Shown: piece by piece, positions 54,991 through 64,000 of the stretch
Numbering within the stretch: position 1 is the stretch's first letter
Layout of the letters: the number at the start of each line of letters is the position of its first letter
Assembly (NCBI GenBank): GCA_000004985.1
Contig: GG738888.1
Length of the DNA: 64,000 nucleotides
Direction: 5' to 3' (one strand)
DNA from: Naegleria gruberi
Lineage: Eukaryota
Notes under the pieces: generated by a model
Told to the model about the DNA's origin: nothing
What the model saw: the letters and a program-made list of their open reading frames with translations, nothing else
Databases searched by the model: none
Position numbers and translations under genes: made by a program

Positions 54991-56376
54991 ATGAAAGAAA
55001 ACCACAGCAACTTGATCCTCACACTGCTGTTCATATGTTGTGTGTGTATTGTTGCCTCTCATCAACAAGAAAAAGAGCAATCAACCTCCGATGAATATTC
55101 ATCAAAAATTAGAAAATTCACAATTCCCTACGATGAGAAAGAATGGCACGATTTAAAACAAACACTGAACAAATCAATTGCCAAATTAAAATCCCATCCA
55201 GATTCTATGGTTCCTTTCTATTCCGAAACTGATCGTGCTTGGAAAATGGGAAGTCAAATTAATCAAGTTTTGGAATTGGCTGAATATTGGAAGAATGAAT
55301 TTGATTGGAAGAAACAAGTTGATTTAATGAATGAATTGTTTCCACATTACGAATCCCAAGTTGATGATCATGTTACTGTTAGATTTGGTTGGAGACAAGC
55401 TAAGAGTCAAATTGAAAAACCATTGAAAGAGAGAAAGGTATTGATGATTGTTCATGGTTGGCCAGGATCAATTATTGAATTCCATAGAATTATTAACACA
55501 TTGGTAGATGTTCATGGTTTTGATGTTGTGGTCCCTTCAATTCCAGGTTATGGATATAGCTCTATTCCAAGAAAGGAAGGTTATCATATTGGCAAGGTTG
55601 GCCAAATTTTCGCTCAACTCATGAAAAACATTGGCTATGGCAAATATATTGTACAAGGTGGTGATTGGGGATCAATGATCACAATGTACGTTGCCAGAGC
55701 AGATCCAGAGAATTGCATTGGATACCATTCCAATATGTGTCTCGTTATTCCTAATTGGAGAGATTGGATTGATGTTGCCAAAGATTTAATTACCCAACTC
55801 GTGAGTGGAACTCCATACAGTTCAAATACCAACAGTTTCTCATCATTCCTCTCGGGTTGTTTAACTTACATCACTGAGGAAATTGGTTATCAAGCTATGC
55901 AAAGCTCAAAACCAGATAGTATTGGAGTAGCTCTCTTAGATTCACCTCTTGGATTGATGAATTACATTTTGGAAAAGTTTGTTTCTTGGACAGATATTGA
56001 GCCACGTGATACAACTGGTCTTTTCAAGGTGATTACCAGAGATGAATTCTTAACCAATGTCATGATTTACTATACTACCAATACTATTGATTCTAGTATG
56101 AGAAAATATTACAATGTTGCTAAAGGAGCTGAAGAACACAAGTTGGGTACCAAGAATTATTTGCAAACTCCAACTGCTTGTGCTGTTTTCAAAGATTTAT
56201 TTAGAGCTCCAAAGTCAACTGCTGCCCGAAACTTTAATCTCATTCAATATAATAGGTATGAAAAGGGAGGACACTTTGCTGCTTTGGAAAATGGTCAAAC
56301 TCTTGTGGATGATTTGATTTCATTCACTGAAAAGGTCTATAACCTTCAAAAAACCAACACTAAGAATGAATTGTAA
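54991..56376 (+). CDS. microsomal-type epoxide hydrolase (EPHX1-like alpha/beta hydrolase with N-terminal EH domain and membrane anchor)
   Basis: 461 aa; N-terminal anchor LILTLLFICCVCIVAS; EH N-domain; HGWPGS oxyanion motif; nucleophile elbow GGDWGS; C-terminal HF pair (GGHFAALE). Confidence 0.7.
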   Translation: MKENHSNLILTLLFICCVCIVASHQQEKEQSTSDEYSSKIRKFTIPYDEKEWHDLKQTLNKSIAKLKSHPDSMVPFYSETDRAWKMGSQINQVLELAEYWKNEFDWKKQVDLMNELFPHYESQVDDHVTVRFGWRQAKSQIEKPLKERKVLMIVHGWPGSIIEFHRIINTLVDVHGFDVVVPSIPGYGYSSIPRKEGYHIGKVGQIFAQLMKNIGYGKYIVQGGDWGSMITMYVARADPENCIGYHSNMCLVIPNWRDWIDVAKDLITQLVSGTPYSSNTNSFSSFLSGCLTYITEEIGYQAMQSSKPDSIGVALLDSPLGLMNYILEKFVSWTDIEPRDTTGLFKVITRDEFLTNVMIYYTTNTIDSSMRKYYNVAKGAEEHKLGTKNYLQTPTACAVFKDLFRAPKSTAARNFNLIQYNRYEKGGHFAALENGQTLVDDLISFTEKVYNLQKTNTKNEL

Positions 56377-56441
56377 ATATTAAGCAAATAATTCACTGAT
56401 TTGGTTACTTCTTTGAGTTTCACATTCTCTATCGGTAACCA

Positions 56442-57356
56442 TTACTGGATAATACATTTCTTTTTCTTAGATACAGTTTCAACACTTTCTTTCTCCATTC
56501 TATCCATTTCTTGTTGACTATAATAGTATAACCTTATTAGGGAAGATCCAAAATTATCGAAACCATAAGAAACCTCCTTCAGTGGACACGCTGTTTCAAA
56601 AAAGGACAAACAGTTCAACTCCTTGGCTAAATTCGATCCTTCCTCATAGCTCACAAAAGTTTCATTCATCAACTCCAGTTCAGTTTGTACCTCCTTGTCA
56701 TTTCTCAAATCAATTTGGCTTGCTACCAAAACACGAGGAGTATACGGTGCTTTTAACACTGCCTCTTGATTGAATTTAGTTTTCACACATTCGACTATAT
56801 CTATTATTGACTGAATAACAGATAAAAATGATATCTTTCTGTTTGTATTGTAATTGTCTAAATTTTTCATATCTATATCAAATTATACATTATCCTATTT
56901 GTAAACTAATCGTTGAACAACTTACTCTTCCTTACCAATAATTGGCAAACTATAAAAATCCCTCTCTCTATACCATCTTGAATTAACAAAATCTTCCATT
57001 TTCCCTTCTCCCAAACATTTCAAAATCATGCAAGTTGTTCCAACATATCCATTTCCAACAAAAAGAACATTAACACTCAATTTTTGATTTTTCTCCATGA
57101 ACAGATAATCATCCAACAACTCTATTTGTTCAATCTCCTCTCGGGAGAGAAAATTGAATGGTCTGTTATATTTTCTATTGTGTCTGTGATTAGTCCTTGC
57201 ATTTTCAATACACATTCGATTCATGAATTTATTCACAAGCATGAATGAGTGAAAATCAGAAATTTTCATAAATTTGAAAATTATTCGGAACAAGTCATCA
57301 TATAAATCATAAATATTAGCAGCCTCAGCAACAGTAGCATAAGCATTTTGATTCAT
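56442..57356 (-). CDS. F-box-like + degenerate Rho-family GTPase-like protein with CAAX box, 2 exons (tentative)
   Basis: Exon1 57356..56936 (MNQNAYATV..., F-box-like DLYDDLFRIIFKFMKISDF, then G1-like VLFVGNGYVGTT lacking the P-loop Lys). Proposed intron 56935..56873 (GTAAGG..ATAG, 63 nt, phases 1+2). Exon2 56872..56442 has Rho-like G4/G5 region (VLVASQIDLRNDKE, SYEEGSNLAKELNC..FETAC) and C-terminal CIIQ. Confidence 0.4.
56873..56935 (-). other. putative spliceosomal intron (63 nt, GTAAGG...ATAG)
   Basis: Only GT/AG pair with compatible phase (1+2) joining ORFs 56922..57413 and 56442..56870. Confidence 0.4.
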
Positions 57357-57618
57357 TTTTTTTGATAGACTAGCTGAATATTGCCACCGATTCAGGTTTT
57401 GCAACTTACACATTCCATCCCCAAATAATCAATTCATCCAAAAAAAGCATCTTTCCAATCGTCAAACAATCTGTGCTGCCCAGATTCTAAATTTACAGTT
57501 TCATATAAGGTAATTTCCAAGCTTTCCAAGCTTATCTCAAGTGGGGCATCTCCAACATCATCCTTGATAGAAAAAAAAAGAGATTTGAATTTGTGTTCAA
57601 AAAGCCTGCGCAATCTTT

Positions 57619-59850
57619 ATGATGATTTCTTCCAAGACGAACGGAACACGGAATGGTGATATTCATCAGCTGCAAAATCATCATCATACCAATGAGACAA
57701 TTACGGAATTTCCATCACACACTAATGAACATGAGTATTATGATCTTAAAAAGGAGGCTCCTCTTCAATTTTTTGATGAGAATGATAAGGATTTGTGGGA
57801 AAATAAGGAAAAACAACAAGTTGGATTGAAATCAGAGGAAAAGATTGGAGTGGCTGATCCAAGAACTGGATTCGCCAATACAGAAAAGACAAATACCTCT
57901 TCCGATGGAGAGGGTCATTGGGAAGCAACAATTGGAAGGTTTCTATTAAGATTAACAACTGCTAGGAGAATTGTTTCTCTAGTTCTTCTCTGTCAATATT
58001 TTCTTCTACTATTGGGTGCCTACCAACAGGGAACAACAATGTTTTGTATAATGTTATTCACCTGTATTCTTGGAGTAATTAATAATAGCAAATATGTTAG
58101 ATTATCCTTCACCCATAGTGATGATAATGTGGGACATTCGGAGGAGAGAAATAGAGTCTTGATAAGTTTGGCCATCTTCTCTTTTAGATATTGTTTGTTT
58201 CCAGAGCTTCGGATTGTGTTGGTACCATTGTATTTGCTAATTGTCATGTCCTCAAATGTTTTGAGTATCAATTCGTGGTTTTACACATTGGCTCCTATTT
58301 ACTTTACTTTGGCACATTTTGGATGCTCTGGTGTTTATGGATTTATCCAGCATGGAATTTCAAAAGAGTTCTATGATAACTGGGCCTTATTCCTCTCAAT
58401 ATTGATTTTCAGTTATTATGTGATTTCTACTTCAGTGCATTTGAGATCGAAATTGGACAAGTTGGAGCAGACAACAGCTCAGTTGGAGAATGCTCTCTCT
58501 GCAAAAAGTGTATTTCTGAGGCATATTTCACATGAATTTAGGTTTGTATTGAAATTTATGTTTCTATTTTAAAAAACGTTTTGTTTTGTAGATCACCATG
58601 TTTGAGTAGTTTGGGAAGTGTTGAATTATTGAGGGAAACCACCTTGACCGATTATCAGAGAGATTTAGTGGAGACAATTGCATCATCGGATGGAATTTTA
58701 TTGAACCTTATTGAGGATGTTCTCACACTAGTGAAAATTGAACATGAGGAAAGAATTGCTGAAAAGGAGGAAATTACTGAAAAAACAAAATTCTTGACAG
58801 TTTTCAGTTTGGATAATTGTGTGAAAATGATTGGAAATATTATTAAGAGTTACTCTACTCAATTCGAAGTGAATGTTTGCGTTTCAGTTGAGGCTCTGGC
58901 AAAGAACGTTTACGTGAGAGCCAATCAAACAAGAATTCATCAAATTATTTCCAATTTGATGACCAATAGTGTGAAAGCGTCTAAAAAGGGTGATTCAGTT
59001 GAGTTGAGGTGCTATTTGGATGGAATAGAATCTGTTTCGAATGGTGTCACCGAACAAAATGTTGTTTTTAAAGTTATAGATCATGGCATTGGTATTCCAA
59101 AAGAGAAACAGGAAAGAATCTTTGAGCCATTCTCTCAACTTCACAATTTGAATGAATCTGTTTATCCAGGAACAGGATTGGGTTTGTCAACGGTATGTTT
59201 CTATGTATTCTTGCTAATTTCAAATATCATTTAGGTTCTTCATAATGTGAGAGCAATGAAAGGAAATATCATTCTCAAATCGGATCTACATCAAGGAGCC
59301 GAATTCACAGTTACCTTACCGCTAGAAGTTGTAAAACCTGATGAAAAAGATCTGTCGACAGAACAGCACGATATTGACCCTTCCATTAAGAGACAATTGA
59401 AAATTCAAGAAAATTACATTAAACTCTTCTCAACCTTTGATAGATCGGGAGAATGTAAAGGGGAGGCCAGTATTTTGGTAGCTGATGATAATGCCATCAA
59501 CAGAAAAGTCATTCTCAAGCTGATTGAAAGTCTAGGATATAAAGCAGATGCTGTTTGTGACGGGAAACAATTGGTCGAACAGTATGATCCAAAGAGGCAC
59601 AAATTGATCATTACAGATTTTGTAAGTTTTCACGCAATCTTAAATTTCAATAACCATTTATTAGAATATGCCTGTTATGGATGGATTGGAAGCGTCAAAG
59701 GAGATTAGAAAGATACACGGCACTGCAAGGATTGTTGCCCTCACAGGTGACGTCATGGCTGAGACACCAAGCTCTGTATTTGATAAGGTTCTTGTAAAGC
59801 CCATCCACAAGGGTACATTGAAGAAGTGTATTGAGGAAAGTTTGGTCTAG
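57619..59850 (+). CDS. hybrid sensor histidine kinase: 6-TM N-terminal sensor, HisKA, HATPase_c and C-terminal receiver domain; 4 exons
   Basis: join(57619..58541,58592..59192,59235..59621,59665..59850). H-box HISHEFR|RSPCLSSLGSVELL split by intron1 58542..58591 (GTTTGT..TGTAG, 50 nt). N, G1 (IDHGIGI) and G2 (GTGLGLS) boxes in exon2. Intron2 59193..59234 (GTATGT..TTTAG, 42 nt). Receiver ILVADDNAINRKV...LIITDF|NMPVMDGLEASKEIR split by intron3 59622..59664 (GTAAGT..TTAG, 43 nt). All phases consistent. Confidence 0.7.
58542..58591 (+). other. spliceosomal intron (50 nt, GTTTGT...TGTAG) in histidine kinase H-box
   Basis: Phase 2; product SHEFR|SPCLSSLGSVELL fits the HisKA H-box consensus. Confidence 0.7.
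59193..59234 (+). other. spliceosomal intron (42 nt, GTATGT...TTTAG) in histidine kinase ATPase domain
   Basis: Phase 0; joins GTGLGLST to VLHNVRAMKGNIILKSD. Confidence 0.65.
59622..59664 (+). other. spliceosomal intron (43 nt, GTAAGT...TTAG) in receiver domain
   Basis: Phase 0; product LIITDF|NMPVMDGLE is the classic receiver D-x-x-MP motif. Confidence 0.7.
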
Positions 59851-60480
59851 TTTAAAAGTTTGCCAACAAAATCGGAATTTATTACAAATCCTTAATAATG
59901 GACGATTCTTCGTCATATGGAGATTTATTAAGATTCTTTGTAAAGAACCAATATTCCATTTTGCTAGCGGTTTCTATCATCAAACATGTTAGACCTATTC
60001 CAAAAACATCCAGAACCAACATGATCTTGTTCTTAGAAATATCTCTAAACGTGAGCACGAAATTTCCCTCCTTATTTGCTTAACTCTCCTAAATAATCAC
60101 CAACTCGGAAACCTTATTGAGATGAAGTCCTTAGAGAGTTCCACAACCTCCAAAACTCTCCACTACTCGGGCTATTATATATAATTTGTTAATCACTTGC
60201 ACACACAAACCCTCATGGTCTAACCAAATAATGTGAAGATAATGGGAATTTCTCTGTAGTTGATTCTCAATTGGATTGAATTATCTCGAAGGCAACACCT
60301 TCGTTGTGTCTGTTATCAAACTGTCCGCAAGCTTCACCTTTTTGAAATTTTTGGTTGTGGAGTTTTTTGAAAGAAAAAAAAGCACGACAATTATTTCTTG
60401 CATCCTCACACAACATATCATCGATCATCTGCATCGTTGATACCTATTTTTGCGATTGACCCATATTTCCACCTCCGCGA

Positions 60481-61203
60481 ATGTCTATTGAAATGATGAT
60501 GGATACTAGTAGTGCTGCCTCTGCTGAATTGAATAATATGCAACAACAACAAGAACAACAACTTGATAGAAATTATTATATTCAATTCTATACGCAAAAG
60601 CTGTCAGCAATGGCCATTGAGAGACAAATTTCCTCTCTTTCTCATATTGAACAACTTTTAAATTATCAGACCGAGTTGGTGCCACAATTAATTCATACAG
60701 AATTAATTTCATCATCATCAATTTCATCACTCTTGACGGAACCTTGTCTAAAGTGCTTGAAATCACTTTTATTCATATTGACCACAACCCATATTCTTAT
60801 TCAACAACAAGAAAAGAAGGATTTGCAAATTGTTGAACAAGGAATGATTCATAACGAACAAGCCATTCTTGCCTATTTTCTTGAAGCTGGATGTAAAACA
60901 AATACAGACATGATTAATTGGTTGAGAAAGATTCAAGAAAAGTCACAAATGGCTCAGCTCGCACCAGAACAACAACAAGAGGAAGCTAAGAGATGGTACC
61001 AAGTTTTGGAAAGGTATTTTGAACCTGTTTTATTCCCTGAACTTTCCGAAACTTTTGTGAATGCTCACACTAGACCATCCATGAATACATGTTCAATTGC
61101 TGAAGGTAAAGCAGTGGATTTTAATGTGGATAAGAAGGCTTTTATTTTCATGTTGTACGAATTTGTTGATGCCATTCACACAATTTTGAAGATTAGAAAA
61201 TAA
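60481..61203 (+). CDS. hypothetical Gln-rich protein
   Basis: 240-aa ORF from ATG 60481; QQQQEQQ tracts; no family recognised. Confidence 0.3.
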   Translation: MSIEMMMDTSSAASAELNNMQQQQEQQLDRNYYIQFYTQKLSAMAIERQISSLSHIEQLLNYQTELVPQLIHTELISSSSISSLLTEPCLKCLKSLLFILTTTHILIQQQEKKDLQIVEQGMIHNEQAILAYFLEAGCKTNTDMINWLRKIQEKSQMAQLAPEQQQEEAKRWYQVLERYFEPVLFPELSETFVNAHTRPSMNTCSIAEGKAVDFNVDKKAFIFMLYEFVDAIHTILKIRK

Positions 61204-61357
61204 TTTATTAGAATTTGATGACATGGCATGAATCAATTTTTCGAAGTTTTAGCTAAGATTTTATAACACATTGTAGAGTATTATTGTTCTGTTGATAGAT
61301 ACAATAAAGTTTTGTAACCATTTATTTAAAAGAACAAGAAACTTCTTTCCTTGATTC

Positions 61358-63787
61358 TCATCTTTGGTTCCTCCTTTTCTTTGAGCTTTTTCTTGCACTG
61401 CTTTTCATACTTTTGTTGAATGGAAATTCTTGTTTGTTCGGGTATTGTTTCAGTAAATGAGGAAGTTGTGATAGGGATTGAAAATTGTCAACCATAAAGT
61501 TTTCACATGCATTTTGCAACGCTTTATCGTTGTGAAAAGTAGCCACCTCGAAAATGGAGCAAACATTCGATTTATCCAATAAAGAAGCTACCAAGGTTCT
61601 GCAACATGAGGCAAGCTCATCCATATCAAATAAGAGTGAATATATCAGTAAACCAAGGGCATTATTTGGATTCAATTGTAATCGATCAGTGTACAAGTAT
61701 TTCAACATGTCAATCATTACTTCCTTATAATAATCTTTCAAATGGACTGTCTTTTCTATTGTTTCAAGCATTCCACTACTGACAAGCATTTTGGAGAAGA
61801 ATGGTGATCTTGATAGGAATAATCTATGAGCGTGAATGATAACTTCTTCATTTGTACCTTGGTTGGCTGTTTCATTGTTATTATCCAAGACGAGAGTAAG
61901 ATCACTATCGACTGAATCACCCAATAAGGTATTGAAATCATTTTGTATCGTGTTGAGAATTTCCATTGTAGTTTCAATATTCTTTGATTCTGCTGAAGAG
62001 TAAATCTTTTGAATGATAGGATAATGCTTTTGTTCAGATGTTGCTTGAACGAAGGAAAGAAATGGAAGAGATTCACTAGCTTTCAAGTGAATAGTACCAG
62101 TATATAGATATTTGAGGTATTTCATCAGAGTATTCGAATCACATTCTGCTATATCAACTATTATCATTTCCTTTTCCAAAAATACTCCCTCCAATTGATT
62201 GGTATTAATCCATTGTTTGCTTGATTGTATCTTTTGGTACAGTATTGGACACCTGGCTTTGATAATACATTTGTGAGCCAAAATATAAGGAGAGCTGCTA
62301 CTGGGGGCTAGGTCATTAACTTGGAATGATACATCGCAAAGATAACCTTCCTCTCTCTTTTGATTCAGATATTGAAGTACAGAAACTGACTTGAAAGAAT
62401 CTCCTACATTCAATAATTTCGAGAATGATCGGTGATTCTTTTCCTTTTGCGAGGATCCAATAGCAAATACTTCCCCTTTCAATGTTGTCAAACACTTGTA
62501 ACCAGAAATATTTTGCTTCATTTCATCAGAAACAATTTCAATAAAATTCCACTTATTATCAATAATATCATATCCATAGAAGCAGTCAGATATTCCTTCT
62601 GATTTGTTTCCTCCATAAATAAAAAAGGATCGTTCATTAACACTAAATGAACAATGCTTGAAAAGTGGAGGTGGAATAATTGATTGCACAATTATTTCAG
62701 TCCAAGTTTTGCTAGAAATATCAAGCATGAATAAATCATTGAGTATTTTGTCGCCAGTAGTTACTCCTCCATAAATAAATATTGAATTGGATACTTTGCA
62801 TGCAGAATGTCCATATCTAGCTGATGGCCATCTTCTTAGCTCTTTAAATTGTTTAGGGGGTGAATATGTTGTACAAGTAAAGGGATTATAACTCGCTCCA
62901 TTAAAATATATCATATAGAGATTTTCATCTAATACACCCTTATCAGATTTACCTCCAAATACATACAGATACAATTTGTTTTCAATTAATACCTTTGTCA
63001 TTGTAAAGTGGATTCTATTGGGCAAAGCAGACCTTTCCACTTGAGTTAAATAGGATAGATTTAAGGGATCAGTAACCTTTTCAATTCTGTGAATTTCCCC
63101 TTTTCCAAATATGAAAATTAGTTGGTCAAGTTCTATCATTTCATATCCAATTAAACCAATTGGCAAGCGAATATTTTTGTAAAAAGGGCCATGACATGCC
63201 AAATATAAATTCTTATAGACATATAACACATTTGATGCAATATCATAGCTAATGAAATCGTCATGCATGACATTTCCAGTTCTACCTCCATAAACAAACA
63301 GAAATTTGCAATCACTAGACATGCAACTCAAATACTCAGTTCTACTTAGAAGCTGCTGTACAAAGCTAAATGATTTTGCCCTTGGATAGTGCTCAACTTC
63401 AAATCTTGGATATTCCAATTTCTTTTCGAGCATCTCCTGCTTTGACTTATAGTTATACCAAGTAAATTCGTTTTTCATCAAATATTTGTAGTTTTCATCA
63501 TATTTTGCTGTTCCAGATAGAATAATCACTTGAGGATCCAGTGCATCAAAAAACAAGGATAATGGCTGAGAAACATCCAAATCCAAATTAATTTCCAATT
63601 CCTTGTTTGAAACTTTTTCATCGACAACAACATTTAAATCATCATTATTCAATTCCTGCTCCTGATCAATTAATATTATTGTTTCTCTATTTTCCTTCTT
63701 ATTTGATGGAAGAATTTTCCTTGTTGTTTTCTTCTTATTTTGTTTCTTTTCCGAAAGCTTTTTAAAAACCAATCCATCAAATGACAT
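61358..63787 (-). CDS. Kelch-repeat beta-propeller protein with two C-terminal BTB/POZ-like domains
   Basis: 809 aa, ATG 63787 in A-rich context; N-terminal half has Kelch-type blades (YVFGGKSDKGVL, IYGGVTTGDKILNDLFMLD, FIYGGNKSEG); C-terminal DVSFQVNDL...ILAHKCIIKARCPILY and DLTLVLDNN...IIHAHRLFLSRSPFF are BTB-like. Confidence 0.55.
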   Translation of the reverse strand: MSFDGLVFKKLSEKKQNKKKTTRKILPSNKKENRETIILIDQEQELNNDDLNVVVDEKVSNKELEINLDLDVSQPLSLFFDALDPQVIILSGTAKYDENYKYLMKNEFTWYNYKSKQEMLEKKLEYPRFEVEHYPRAKSFSFVQQLLSRTEYLSCMSSDCKFLFVYGGRTGNVMHDDFISYDIASNVLYVYKNLYLACHGPFYKNIRLPIGLIGYEMIELDQLIFIFGKGEIHRIEKVTDPLNLSYLTQVERSALPNRIHFTMTKVLIENKLYLYVFGGKSDKGVLDENLYMIYFNGASYNPFTCTTYSPPKQFKELRRWPSARYGHSACKVSNSIFIYGGVTTGDKILNDLFMLDISSKTWTEIIVQSIIPPPLFKHCSFSVNERSFFIYGGNKSEGISDCFYGYDIIDNKWNFIEIVSDEMKQNISGYKCLTTLKGEVFAIGSSQKEKNHRSFSKLLNVGDSFKSVSVLQYLNQKREEGYLCDVSFQVNDLAPSSSSPYILAHKCIIKARCPILYQKIQSSKQWINTNQLEGVFLEKEMIIVDIAECDSNTLMKYLKYLYTGTIHLKASESLPFLSFVQATSEQKHYPIIQKIYSSAESKNIETTMEILNTIQNDFNTLLGDSVDSDLTLVLDNNNETANQGTNEEVIIHAHRLFLSRSPFFSKMLVSSGMLETIEKTVHLKDYYKEVMIDMLKYLYTDRLQLNPNNALGLLIYSLLFDMDELASCCRTLVASLLDKSNVCSIFEVATFHNDKALQNACENFMVDNFQSLSQLPHLLKQYPNKQEFPFNKSMKSSARKSSKKRRNQR

Positions 63788-64000
63788 TTTTTCTTCTCAA
63801 GTAAATCTGTTAGTTGAAACATCATCTTTCTTCATCATCATTTAAAATAGTTAACTTTAGAGTTTCGGAAAAGCATTCTAGATTTGATATCATTTTCAAG
63901 CTTGCTTTTTGGCGCCATTTTTTATTTTAAAAAATATTAAAAAAAATACAAAACATTCAAAGCCTTAATTTTTTTTCATTTTTCATTTAAGGTGCAAAGA

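Noticed and set aside
1-64000. Prokaryotic-style features (operons, CRISPR arrays, Rho-independent terminators, IS elements, defence islands)
   Set aside because: The sequence is eukaryotic. It has spliceosomal introns with GTAAGT donors, nuclear-type tRNAs without encoded CCA, and eukaryote-specific domains (F-box, U-box, MYND, RCC1, Kelch/BTB). No direct-repeat/spacer arrays are present.

Overview
This window is eukaryotic nuclear DNA, not a prokaryotic locus. It is AT-rich, compact and gene-dense, with about 36 protein-coding genes and two nuclear-type tRNA genes, tRNA-Val(UAC) and tRNA-Ser(AGA). There are no CRISPR arrays, operons or phage or IS features. Gene content and architecture suggest a free-living amoeboid protist, possibly a heterolobosean such as Naegleria; that is inference only. 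The gene content is many F-box, LRR, RCC1, Kelch/BTB and DUF4116-type repeat proteins, receptor-like TKL kinases, a hybrid histidine kinase, and several bacterial-type metabolic genes. The architecture is ultra-short spliceosomal introns of 40-149 nt, mostly with GTAAGT donors, and A-rich tracts immediately 5' of ATG. Confidently recognisable genes are 2-oxoglutarate dehydrogenase E1 (3 exons), mitochondrial FAD-glycerol-3-phosphate dehydrogenase (3 exons), imidazolonepropionase HutI, glutathione peroxidase (2 exons) and microsomal-type epoxide hydrolase. Also recognisable are a CHIP-like TPR/U-box E3, a MYND finger protein, a KH-DUF1771-Smr protein, and a KefF/MdaB-like flavodoxin-fold quinone reductase. 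Two paralogous receptor kinases have different ectodomains, one of EGF-like repeats and one of chlamydial-Pmp-type FxxN/GGA[ILV] beta-helix repeats. There is also a 4-exon hybrid histidine kinase with a 6-TM sensor and a DUF4116-repeat kinase. The most pervasive unexplained signal is that at least 8 genes are split into adjacent different-frame ORFs by what look like single-base indels, mostly in A/T homopolymers. Two otherwise canonical introns leave a 1-nt phase discrepancy. This points to homopolymer under-calling in the assembly rather than to real pseudogenes. I found no self-contained novel system of the defence-island kind. The interesting items are domain fusions (F-box+DUF1963, F-box+degenerate Rho GTPase, DUF4116+kinase, Pmp-repeat+kinase) and the assembly-quality signal.
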